From positions 685,799 through 709,798 of the forward strand of contig NC_013849.1 in NCBI RefSeq assembly GCF_000025505.1: DNA of 24,000 nt, given 5' to 3'. The position numbers and the translations under genes were made by a program. Positions 1 through 7,646 of the stretch are shown piece by piece. The DNA comes from Ferroglobus placidus DSM 10642 (GTDB lineage: Archaea; Halobacteriota; Archaeoglobi; Archaeoglobales; Archaeoglobaceae). The first letter of the stretch is position 1, and each line of letters opens with the position of its first letter. The notes below the pieces were generated by a model. The model saw only the letters and a program-made list of their open reading frames with translations. It was not told where the DNA came from and made no database searches.

Positions 1-489
1 ACAACGGACAGGCTGATAGTGACGACTGCCAGCAACATAACCTACGACATTCTGGCTAAAGCTTTTGGATTGAACGTGAACGGTAGAAAGTTCAAAGTTA
101 TTAACGCAATCGTTGTTTTCGCAGTGGGAATATCTTCGATCTACTTCGCTTTGCATCCCCAGCAGCTCTTAGCTTGGCTGATATGGGCTTCTCTCTCCTT
201 AATGGTAAACTGCTTCTTCTTTCCGATAATTCTCGGACTCTACTGGAGCGGGGTGACGAAAAACGGTGCGAGAGCGAGCATGATTTCGGGGTTACTGATA
301 ACGCTTCTAACCTTCGCGATACATGGAAAGACGCTATGGATTTTTGGAATCCCAGTTTACTCAGTCCTCCCCGGATTCATCGCAAGCTTCCTTTCAGGAG
401 TTTTGGTGAGTGTTATCGAAAAGAGAGTTGTTGCCCGCCCTGTGGAATCCCCTTCACTAATCAGGGGACGCATGGCAGGCGGGCAATAG
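1..489 (+). CDS. Sodium:solute symporter (SSF)-like permease, C-terminal fragment; the 5' end lies outside the window
   Basis: Frame 1 is open from base 1, so the GTG at 19 used by the ORF track is probably internal. The product is a run of hydrophobic helices (INAIVVFAVGISSIYFAL, LIWASLSLMVNCFFFPIILGLYW, MISGLLITLLTFAI, VLPGFIASFLSGVLVSVI). It carries an LGLYWSGVTKNGA segment resembling the last helices of SSF transporters, then a short charged tail. Confidence 0.5.
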   Translation, partial: TTDRLIVTTASNITYDILAKAFGLNVNGRKFKVINAIVVFAVGISSIYFALHPQQLLAWLIWASLSLMVNCFFFPIILGLYWSGVTKNGARASMISGLLITLLTFAIHGKTLWIFGIPVYSVLPGFIASFLSGVLVSVIEKRVVARPVESPSLIRGRMAGGQ

Positions 490-538
490 AATTTGATTTT
501 TTAAAGCTTAAAAAGTTTGTGTCAAAAGTTAAAAAGAG

Positions 539-1150
539 CTAACCTTCTTCCGCAGCCACCTTTATTTTGTGGAGAAGCTCGGCAGGAGATTTTACTGGAT
601 ACTCGATCTTGTCGAGCAACTCCTCGATTTTCTTACCCTTAACGACTATTCCTTCCAGCTTCTCCTTGAGTTCATCTTTGTTAAGCGGGAAGTGAGTTCC
701 TCTAATCCTCGCTAAAACGTGAACCGCCCAGTCTATTCCCAAAGCTTCTATTTCGTCGTGGTACATCTCAACTTCCTGCTCATCAAGCCTCTTCTCTTCT
801 TTCAGTTTTTTGTAAGCAAGCTTGGCTATTCCTCCAGCTATGTGCTCTTTCGGTCTTTCTTCAAGCTCTCCCTCCAGGTACTTCTTAACAGCCTCCTCAT
901 CAGCAGTAGCTATGTTCTTCACGGTCTGCTCCGTTATTCCTAAATACTCGGCAATCTCTCTGTACGTTTTAAAAGCTTCATTCTTCAAAACGAGAACGTA
1001 GGCTGCTTCTGCGAGACTCGGAAGCCACGTAAGATTTCTGTACTCGACGAGCCTCTTCAAACCTCCCAACATCTTTATAGCTTCCCAAAAAACCTTTTCA
1101 GCCATCTTATCTACGTTCATTCCACCTTTCGGCTTGGCAATTACCTCCAT
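539..1150 (-). CDS. Helix-turn-helix DNA-binding protein, cotranscribed with the upstream KaiC-like ATPase
   Basis: 203-aa soluble, charged, mostly helical protein with an HTH-like segment TYREIAEYLGITEQTVKNI. The ATG at 1148-1150 lies 12 nt after the stop of the upstream gene. That 12-nt spacer reads GGAGGTGATAGG on the coding strand, a near-perfect SD. Confidence 0.6.
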   Translation of the reverse strand: MEVIAKPKGGMNVDKMAEKVFWEAIKMLGGLKRLVEYRNLTWLPSLAEAAYVLVLKNEAFKTYREIAEYLGITEQTVKNIATADEEAVKKYLEGELEERPKEHIAGGIAKLAYKKLKEEKRLDEQEVEMYHDEIEALGIDWAVHVLARIRGTHFPLNKDELKEKLEGIVVKGKKIEELLDKIEYPVKSPAELLHKIKVAAEEG

Positions 1151-1162
1151 CCTATCACCTCC

Positions 1163-2023
1163 TTACTCCTCCACAAGCCTACCTCTCTTCTTTATGTACT
1201 CGCTCAGAGGGGCGATGATCTCTATTAATCCGCTCTCTGTTATCTCAAAAACCCAAGTTCTCGAGTCGTGTCCGGTCAGTCTGCATCCGTCAATCCTTAT
1301 CGTTCTTAAAACGCTTCCTATAGGCAGACCATAGAGATTCACGTCCCACCTCGTTTCTATTATTTTTTTGTCCATAACTATCGTTCCGTCAACTATGTGG
1401 GCAACCGCTAAACCTCCGGCAGCTTCAGCGCTCTCGCTTGCCTGAGAACTCCTCTTCTGAGATATTAGTATGGCTGTTTGCCTCCACTTCTTCAGGAAGT
1501 TGAAAATTTGTCTGACTATCTGCCTCGCGAGAACTTCCTTATGCTCGTAAAGTCCCGTAACGCTGTCGATAACGACGTTCGTACACTTCTTCTCCCTTAT
1601 CGCATAAGCCATGGTATCTATCAAAGCTCTCGTATTCTCTCTCAGCTCGTCGCTCTCTGAAGCGTCGATAACGACGACGTTCTGCTCCACCTTGCTAAAA
1701 TCGACACCCATTGCCTGTGCTTTTTGCTTTAAAGCTGTGTAAAGGAAGTTGGCGGGACTTTCCACTGTTACGAAGAGAACCTTGTAGCCATGTGCAGCCT
1801 GAGTTACCGTAAACTGCTCAGCAAAAACGCTCTTACCTGTGTCCGGAACTCCAGTAATGTTCATCACAGCCAGATACGGAATTCCGCCTAAGGGTTTTTT
1901 CACGAACTTTCCGTCTTCCTCTTCCACTTTAAAGAACATTTCGTCAAGCTTTGTTCCCGTTGGAATTCCGAAAAGCTTAGGAGCTTTGCTTTCGAGCTCT
2001 TTAAGCTCATAATACTTCGTCAT
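1163..2023 (-). CDS. KaiC/RecA-superfamily single-domain ATPase (KaiC-like, COG0467-type)
   Basis: The N-terminus GIPTGTKLDEMF...GGIPYLAVMNITGVPDTGKSVFAEQF matches the KaiC/RadA-like pattern (GIxxLDxxLGGGIP...GxxGxGKS Walker A). Walker B-like NVVIDSV is present. The 286-aa length fits one RecA-like domain. Confidence 0.8.
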   Translation of the reverse strand: MTKYYELKELESKAPKLFGIPTGTKLDEMFFKVEEEDGKFVKKPLGGIPYLAVMNITGVPDTGKSVFAEQFTVTQAAHGYKVLFVTVESPANFLYTALKQKAQAMGVDFSKVEQNVVVIDASESDELRENTRALIDTMAYAIREKKCTNVVIDSVTGLYEHKEVLARQIVRQIFNFLKKWRQTAILISQKRSSQASESAEAAGGLAVAHIVDGTIVMDKKIIETRWDVNLYGLPIGSVLRTIRIDGCRLTGHDSRTWVFEITESGLIEIIAPLSEYIKKRGRLVEE

Positions 2024-2146
2024 ATCGATATAATACTAACGCAGAAAGTATAAAAGCCTTATGTTATTTTTAGCACTAAGTTTCTCTTTCGAAATTCTAA
2101 AAGTTATCGCAACAGTTTTAACGTTTGAAATTTGAATAGATTTGAA

Positions 2147-3724
2147 ATGCCAAATCTCGGAGAGTTGGTAAGTAAGGGGGAGAGAGAAAACGTCGAGTTT
2201 AAGGAGTACCTTACGGATTATCATTTAAAAGATAGCAGAAGGCAGTCTTTAGCCTGTCAGATGAACCACCGAATTTTGATGGGGAAGGGTGTAGCCTACT
2301 ACATTATAGGAATTTCCGACAGTGGAGAGTTTAAAGGAATAAGAAAGGAGGAGCTCGATAAGACGATAAAAGTTCTCGAGGTCATAGCCAAAGACATCGA
2401 TGCGAAGATTACCGAAAAGGAGATTTACGAGGTGAACGGCGGATACGTTGCGGTAGTTGAAATCAGAAAGGACAAACCTAAAGAGCACATAACGGTCGGC
2501 ACAGCGGGACACGTTGATCACGGCAAATCCACCCTCGTCGGCTGCTTAATCACAGGAAAATGCGACGACGGAGATGGATTAACGAGAGTGTACCTCGACA
2601 CTTTGAAGCACGAAATAGAAAGAGGGTTAAGCGCAGACCTAAGCTTCGCCGTTCTGGGATTCAAAAACGGAAAAGCGATAAGGATGAAGAATCCGCTGAG
2701 CAAAACTGAAAAAGCTTGGGTTGTTGAGAATTCCGAAAAGATAGTATCCTTCGTCGACACTGTCGGGCACGAGCCTTGGCTGAGAACAGCCATAAGAGGT
2801 TTGATCGGGCAAAGGATAGATTACGGGCTGCTAACAATAGCTGCTGACGACGGCATAATGAGGATAACGAAAGAACACCTCGGAATTTTGCTTGCGATGG
2901 AGCTTCCGGTGATAATTGCGATAACCAAAGCAGATAAGGTGAGCGAAGAGAGAATAAAAAACCTGATTTCCGAAATTTCGAAGTTGCTAAGGGGATTGGG
3001 GAGAATTCCGTATCTTTTAAAGAGCAAAAGCGATGCTGAAAAAGTTTCGAGGCTCATTGCTAAGAACAGCTTCGTCGTGCCGATCGTCGTTACCTCGGCT
3101 ATAACTCTCGCCGGATACGAAATACTTGAAGAGCTTCTTTACAGACTTCCAAAGCTCAGATACGAGGAGAGCGACTTTTTAATGTACATAGACAGAATTT
3201 ACAAAGTTACCGGCGTTGGAACGGTTGTGAGCGGGACGATAAAATCAGGAGAGATTAGCGAAGGTGATGAAGTTTTTGTCGGACCTTTCTCAGACGGAAG
3301 CTTCGTGAAAACAAAGATTTCGAGTATAGAGATGCACCACTACAGAGTTGAAAGAGCTAAGAGCGGGGACATAGTTGGTTTGGCTTTGAAAAACGTCTCA
3401 GTCGAAGATCTCAGGAGGGGTATGGTTGTAACGAAAACCGAGCCTTACGCTGTGAGAGAATTTGAAGCTGAAGTTTACGTTTTCACGCATCCGACGAAAA
3501 TTTCAGCTGGCTACGAGCCCGTTTTGCACTGCGAAACCATAAGCGAGACGGTGATATTTAAGGAGATGGATAAAGAATACCTCAAAGCCGGGGATAGGGG
3601 AAAAGTGAGGATTAGATTCAAGTACAATCCTCAGTACATTATGCCGGGACAGAGGTTCATTTTTAGGGAAGGTAGGAGCAAGGGAATGGGGGAAGTGGTG
3701 AGAATTTATGAAACTGAATCTTAA
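2147..3724 (+). CDS. GTPBP1/EF-Tu-like translational-type GTPase with an N-terminal AlbA_2 (Schlafen-type)-like domain
   Basis: G1 is GHVDHGKST, G3 is DTVGHE and G4 is TKADK. An EF-Tu domain-II-like barrel (GVGTVVSGTIKSGEISEGDEVFVGP) and a domain-III-like C-terminus follow. The N-terminal ~110 aa carry ERENVEFKE ... YYIIGISDSGEFKGI. The ORF track starts at TTG 2132; the ATG at 2147 is preferred. Confidence 0.8.
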   Translation: MPNLGELVSKGERENVEFKEYLTDYHLKDSRRQSLACQMNHRILMGKGVAYYIIGISDSGEFKGIRKEELDKTIKVLEVIAKDIDAKITEKEIYEVNGGYVAVVEIRKDKPKEHITVGTAGHVDHGKSTLVGCLITGKCDDGDGLTRVYLDTLKHEIERGLSADLSFAVLGFKNGKAIRMKNPLSKTEKAWVVENSEKIVSFVDTVGHEPWLRTAIRGLIGQRIDYGLLTIAADDGIMRITKEHLGILLAMELPVIIAITKADKVSEERIKNLISEISKLLRGLGRIPYLLKSKSDAEKVSRLIAKNSFVVPIVVTSAITLAGYEILEELLYRLPKLRYEESDFLMYIDRIYKVTGVGTVVSGTIKSGEISEGDEVFVGPFSDGSFVKTKISSIEMHHYRVERAKSGDIVGLALKNVSVEDLRRGMVVTKTEPYAVREFEAEVYVFTHPTKISAGYEPVLHCETISETVIFKEMDKEYLKAGDRGKVRIRFKYNPQYIMPGQRFIFREGRSKGMGEVVRIYETES

Positions 3725-5258
3725 AGTTAAGCTGAAAAGAGAAGAGAGCGAAAGAGAAAGAATGAAAAATTTCAAGGAATTTACGGAAGTCATAAAAGAG
3801 AAGGCTGAGATTCCAGAGGGTTACGAAATTGTAGAAGATTACGAAGTTCTCGGAGACTTCGAGTTTTCGGTAGTTTTCATTTTAAAGAGAGATCACGACT
3901 ATTTTTACCACGCTGTCGAGCCGATTCTCGAGGAAGATTACGAGAAGTACAGAGAGGAGATAATTAAGAGGGTCGAGTACGCACTTCCTTACTATGCGGA
4001 TTTTAAGGATAAGGCAAAAACGATACTTTCGAGCTACGACAGGCTTCTCGAAGCTTTAAACCTCGATCCAGACGACTACCACTACTACGCTCTCCTCTAC
4101 TATTTGCTAAGAGACACGATCCTCTTCGGACCAATCACTCCTCTTATGAAGGATCGTCTGCTTGAGGATATAAGCTGTAACGGGTACGGCAAGCCTATTT
4201 ACGTTTATCACCGCAACTATCAGAACTTGCGGACGAACGTTGTTTTTTCCGAGGACGAGCTCGACAGCTTCATAATCAAGCTTGCCCAGCAGTGCGGGAA
4301 GCACATAAGCATAGCTGAGCCTATGCTCGACGCTACTCTTCCGGACGGAAGCAGAATTCAGATGACTCTGGGGAGAGAAGTAACTGACCACGGCTCGACC
4401 TTCACGATAAGAAAATTCAGAGACGTTCCTCTTACTCCTATAGACCTAATAGCTTGGAAAACGTTCAGCTTGGAGGAAATGGCTTACCTCTGGCTGTGCA
4501 TAGAAAACAAAAAGAACTTGATATTCGCAGGAGGAACTGCAAGCGGTAAAACGACGAGCATGAACGCAATAAGCCTATTCATTCCGAAGAACGCTAAAAT
4601 CGTGAGCATAGAAGATACGAGAGAAGTAATGCTCCCCCACGAAAACTGGATTCCGGCTGTGACGAGAGAAGGTGTCGGAGGGAAAGAGATTGACATGTAC
4701 GAGCTGCTCAGAGCAGCTCTGAGACAGAGACCGGAGTACATAATAGTCGGAGAAGTCAGAGGTAAGGAAGCTCTAACTCTGTTCCAGGCTATGTCAACCG
4801 GACACACAACTTACTCGACTTTGCATGCGGACAGCGTGAACGGAGTAATTCATCGATTGGAGAACCCGCCGATAAACGTGCCGAGGAGCATGATAGAGGC
4901 TCTCGACATAATAAGCATACAAGCTCAAGTTTACCTCGGAAATAAAAGAGTGAGAAGAAATTTGGAAATAGCAGAAATAGTGGGAATGGACCCCCACACA
5001 AAGATAATAAAGACTACAACAGTCTTCGCTTGGGACAGCGAAAAAGACGAACACTTAATGATAGGCTCCTCAAAAGTTCTCGAAGAAATAAGAAAAATGA
5101 GAGCTTGGAGCAGAAAAGAACTGGAAGAAGAACTCGAAACAAGAAAAAAAGTCCTGAAGTGGATGCTCGATAACAATATCAGAGACTACAAAGAAGTAGC
5201 TAAAATAATTCACTCGTATCAGAGCGATAAGGATAGACTGCTCGAAATGATCTCATGA
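3708..5258 (+). CDS. FlaI/VirB11/GspE-family secretion-type hexameric ATPase
   Basis: Walker A is FAGGTASGKTT, the Asp box/Walker B is IVSIEDTREV and RQRPEYIIVGEVRGKEA, and the His box is STGHTTYSTLHA. The N-terminal domain length is typical of archaeal FlaI-like ATPases. GGTGA lies 6-10 nt upstream of the ATG at 3708. The start sits 17 nt inside the preceding GTPase gene. Confidence 0.85.
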   Translation: MKLNLKVKLKREESERERMKNFKEFTEVIKEKAEIPEGYEIVEDYEVLGDFEFSVVFILKRDHDYFYHAVEPILEEDYEKYREEIIKRVEYALPYYADFKDKAKTILSSYDRLLEALNLDPDDYHYYALLYYLLRDTILFGPITPLMKDRLLEDISCNGYGKPIYVYHRNYQNLRTNVVFSEDELDSFIIKLAQQCGKHISIAEPMLDATLPDGSRIQMTLGREVTDHGSTFTIRKFRDVPLTPIDLIAWKTFSLEEMAYLWLCIENKKNLIFAGGTASGKTTSMNAISLFIPKNAKIVSIEDTREVMLPHENWIPAVTREGVGGKEIDMYELLRAALRQRPEYIIVGEVRGKEALTLFQAMSTGHTTYSTLHADSVNGVIHRLENPPINVPRSMIEALDIISIQAQVYLGNKRVRRNLEIAEIVGMDPHTKIIKTTTVFAWDSEKDEHLMIGSSKVLEEIRKMRAWSRKELEEELETRKKVLKWMLDNNIRDYKEVAKIIHSYQSDKDRLLEMIS

Positions 5259-5881
5259 AAAGGATTAAAGAGACCCTCGAAAAATACCCCGAAATATCGG
5301 AATTCAGCAGGAAATGCTTGGAAAGCAAGAGATACGACTCGAACGTCGTTTTAATGGTAGTAGACGCGGCTTTAACCTCCTCGGGATTGAATTATTTCGG
5401 CGTGGTCGTTCCGAAGGTTCTGGCTTTCAGCGAGAGGTACAAAGTAAAGAGGCTTGATGAGTTTTTAAAGCTGAAGAAGAGCGACTTGCTTAACTTGTGG
5501 AGAAACGAGAGGTGCTGGAACGTAGCTTTTGGTGTAGCCGAGAAGCTCCTCGAATTTGGGAGAGACGTTAAAGCTCTCAGAAAATGGGCTGAAAGCACGG
5601 CTCTCGAAAACTGGAAGAGTTACATGCCGGTAAAAGGCGTGGGAATAAACACCTACCAGTACCTCAGGATGATGGGCGGAGTAGACACAGTCATGCCGGA
5701 CAGAATCGTGAAGAGAGAGGTGAGAATAGAATCGAAAGACGACATAGATTTCATAGTTAAAGCGGAAAAGCTTGCAAAAGAAAAAGGAATTCTCGCAGTA
5801 GAGCTGTGCTTTGCTGCCTGGATCGCCCAGTACGATGAGGAAAGAGCCGAGAGGTATTTGAAGCTACTCAAAAATATTTAA
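5255..5881 (+). CDS. Hypothetical protein with a helix-hairpin-helix / HhH-GPD (endonuclease III-like) signature
   Basis: Residues 124-153 read PVKGVGINTYQYLRMMGGVDTVMPDRIVKR. This resembles the HhH-GPD pattern LPGVGxKTAxxxLxxxxGxxxxxVDxHVxR. The preceding helical region has EndoIII-like spacing. The ATG overlaps the ATPase stop (ATGA at 5255-5258). Confidence 0.45.
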   Translation: MKRIKETLEKYPEISEFSRKCLESKRYDSNVVLMVVDAALTSSGLNYFGVVVPKVLAFSERYKVKRLDEFLKLKKSDLLNLWRNERCWNVAFGVAEKLLEFGRDVKALRKWAESTALENWKSYMPVKGVGINTYQYLRMMGGVDTVMPDRIVKREVRIESKDDIDFIVKAEKLAKEKGILAVELCFAAWIAQYDEERAERYLKLLKNI

Positions 5882-5905
5882 ATATTACAGCTCGAATTTT
5901 TAGCG

Positions 5906-6688
5906 GTGAAATGCGATATCTGCGGAAAGGAAGAGGTTCTCCCGTATAGATGCAGCTACTGCGGAGGAACGTTCTGCTCAGATCACAGGCTTCCGGAAAA
6001 ACACTTCTGCGAAGGGATTTACGACATTCCGGTGAAGGTTAAAAAGGACTGGGAGATTGGTAGGAAAGAAGAGAAGGAAGTTTTAATTCAAAAGCCGAAA
6101 ATTTCGCTTTCCCAGTACGGATACAACAACATCTTTCTCGGGATAATCACTTTAATGTTCTTTCTCTCCCTCGTATTTCCACAGATAATGAATTTTCTCG
6201 CTTTGTATCCGAATAAGTTCTACTTCATGCCCTGGCAGCTCGTTACGAGCATTTTCCTACACGGAAGTTTCGACCACTATCTTGTTAACGCGATAGTCCT
6301 TCTCTTCTTCGGAGGGGAGCTCGAAAGGAGACTCGGATCGAAGAGATACTTGGAGATATTCTTCCTTTCCGGAATCGTAGGAAACATCTTCTACATCCTC
6401 TTCTCCTTCGCAACGAACAACTTCGCTCCGGCAGTTGGAGCTTCTGGAGCCCTTTACGGGATCATGGGTGCTCTGGCTTTAATTGCTCCGGAAATAAGAG
6501 TTCTCCTCTTCTTCGTGATTCCCGTTGACATAAAAACAGCCATACTGCTGTTCGCAGCTTACAACATCCTGATGCTTCCGTTCACAGCCTTTACCGGAGT
6601 GGCTTACATAGCTCACTTGGGAGGGTTGCTCGTAGGACTTTACTACGGTAAAAAGTACTCGATTTACAGGAGGTTCAGACTGCTATGA
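5906..6688 (+). CDS. Rhomboid-family intramembrane serine protease with an N-terminal AN1-type zinc finger
   Basis: The AN1 finger is CDICGKEEVLPYRCSYCGGTFCSDHRLPEKHFC. The rhomboid core has HGSFDHYLVN (Hx4Hx3N), catalytic GASGALYG (GxSG) and AHLGGLLVG (catalytic His), with six hydrophobic helices. The start is a GTG. Confidence 0.85.
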   Translation: MKCDICGKEEVLPYRCSYCGGTFCSDHRLPEKHFCEGIYDIPVKVKKDWEIGRKEEKEVLIQKPKISLSQYGYNNIFLGIITLMFFLSLVFPQIMNFLALYPNKFYFMPWQLVTSIFLHGSFDHYLVNAIVLLFFGGELERRLGSKRYLEIFFLSGIVGNIFYILFSFATNNFAPAVGASGALYGIMGALALIAPEIRVLLFFVIPVDIKTAILLFAAYNILMLPFTAFTGVAYIAHLGGLLVGLYYGKKYSIYRRFRLL

Positions 6689-7602
6689 AGGCTTGGTGGG
6701 AAAAGGAGAGACTCGAAGACGAGATAGTGGACTGTAGAACGATAATTCTTTCCACTGCAGGCTGCAAGTGGAGAAGATGTAAGATGTGCAGTTACTACTT
6801 GGAAGCGAATCCTAAAGCGAATTCGGAGACTATTCTTAATGAATTCAGAGAGGCTTATGAGAAAGCGGACGTCGTTAAGATATTTACCTCCGGCAGCTTT
6901 TTTGACGATAGAGAAGTAGATAAAGAAGTAAGAAGAAAAATCTACGAGTTCCTCGAAAAAGAAGGCGTGAAAAAGCTCGTTGTTGAAAGCAGACCGGAGT
7001 TTATTACGGAAGAAGTCGTTAAAGAAATTCAAGAGGCTAAGATTGCTATAGAAGTTGGAATAGGCGTTGAAACGAGCAACGACTGGATTAGAGAGAAGAT
7101 AATAAACAAAGGATTTACCTTTCAGGAATTTAAGAGAGCAGCTTCCATGCTTAGAGAGGCTGGAAGCAGGGTGAAAGCATACCTCCTCCTGAAACCGCCG
7201 CTTTTAAGCGAGGAGGAAGCAATTAAGGATGCGATACAATCCGTGAAAGATGTAGAAAGCTACGTGGACGTGATTTCTTTAAACCTCATGACGGTACACA
7301 AAAACACTTTAGTAGAGAAGCTTTGGAGCAAAAAACTCTACCGACCTCCTTGGTTGTGGAGCGCTGTAGAAGTGTTGAAGAAAAGCAAAATAGAGACGAT
7401 ATGCGATCCGGTTGCCGGAGGAAAAAGCAGAGGACCGCACAACTGCTACGACTGCGATCCCGAATTCGTTGAAGCGATAAAAAGTTTCTCTCTCACCCAG
7501 GACAAATCATATCTTGAAGAAGTTGAGTGCGACTGCGAGGAGCTTTGGGAAGTGAGCCTGAAAGGAGAGAGCTTGGCGAGATTGCCAGTGTTCGTGTTCT
7601 AA
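6685..7602 (+). CDS. Radical SAM protein, possibly the archaeosine-biosynthesis RaSEA (TIGR01210-like) family
   Basis: An N-terminal Cys cluster GCKWRRCKMCSY precedes a TIM-barrel-like region (IFTSGSFFD, VESRPEF, IEVGIGVETSND). The 305-aa length and layout resemble the archaeal TIGR01210 family. The start overlaps the rhomboid stop (ATGA at 6685-6688). The radical-SAM call is firmer than the RaSEA call. Confidence 0.6.
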   Translation: MKAWWEKERLEDEIVDCRTIILSTAGCKWRRCKMCSYYLEANPKANSETILNEFREAYEKADVVKIFTSGSFFDDREVDKEVRRKIYEFLEKEGVKKLVVESRPEFITEEVVKEIQEAKIAIEVGIGVETSNDWIREKIINKGFTFQEFKRAASMLREAGSRVKAYLLLKPPLLSEEEAIKDAIQSVKDVESYVDVISLNLMTVHKNTLVEKLWSKKLYRPPWLWSAVEVLKKSKIETICDPVAGGKSRGPHNCYDCDPEFVEAIKSFSLTQDKSYLEEVECDCEELWEVSLKGESLARLPVFVF

Positions 7603-7646
7603 TCCGACAACTTTTTTAAATTTTCGAAACCTCATAAGTAGAATTA

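Noticed and set aside
174-542. 122-aa alternative-frame ORF over the SSF permease tail
   Set aside because: It overlaps a frame that encodes coherent TM helices. Its own product has no hydrophobic or domain structure.
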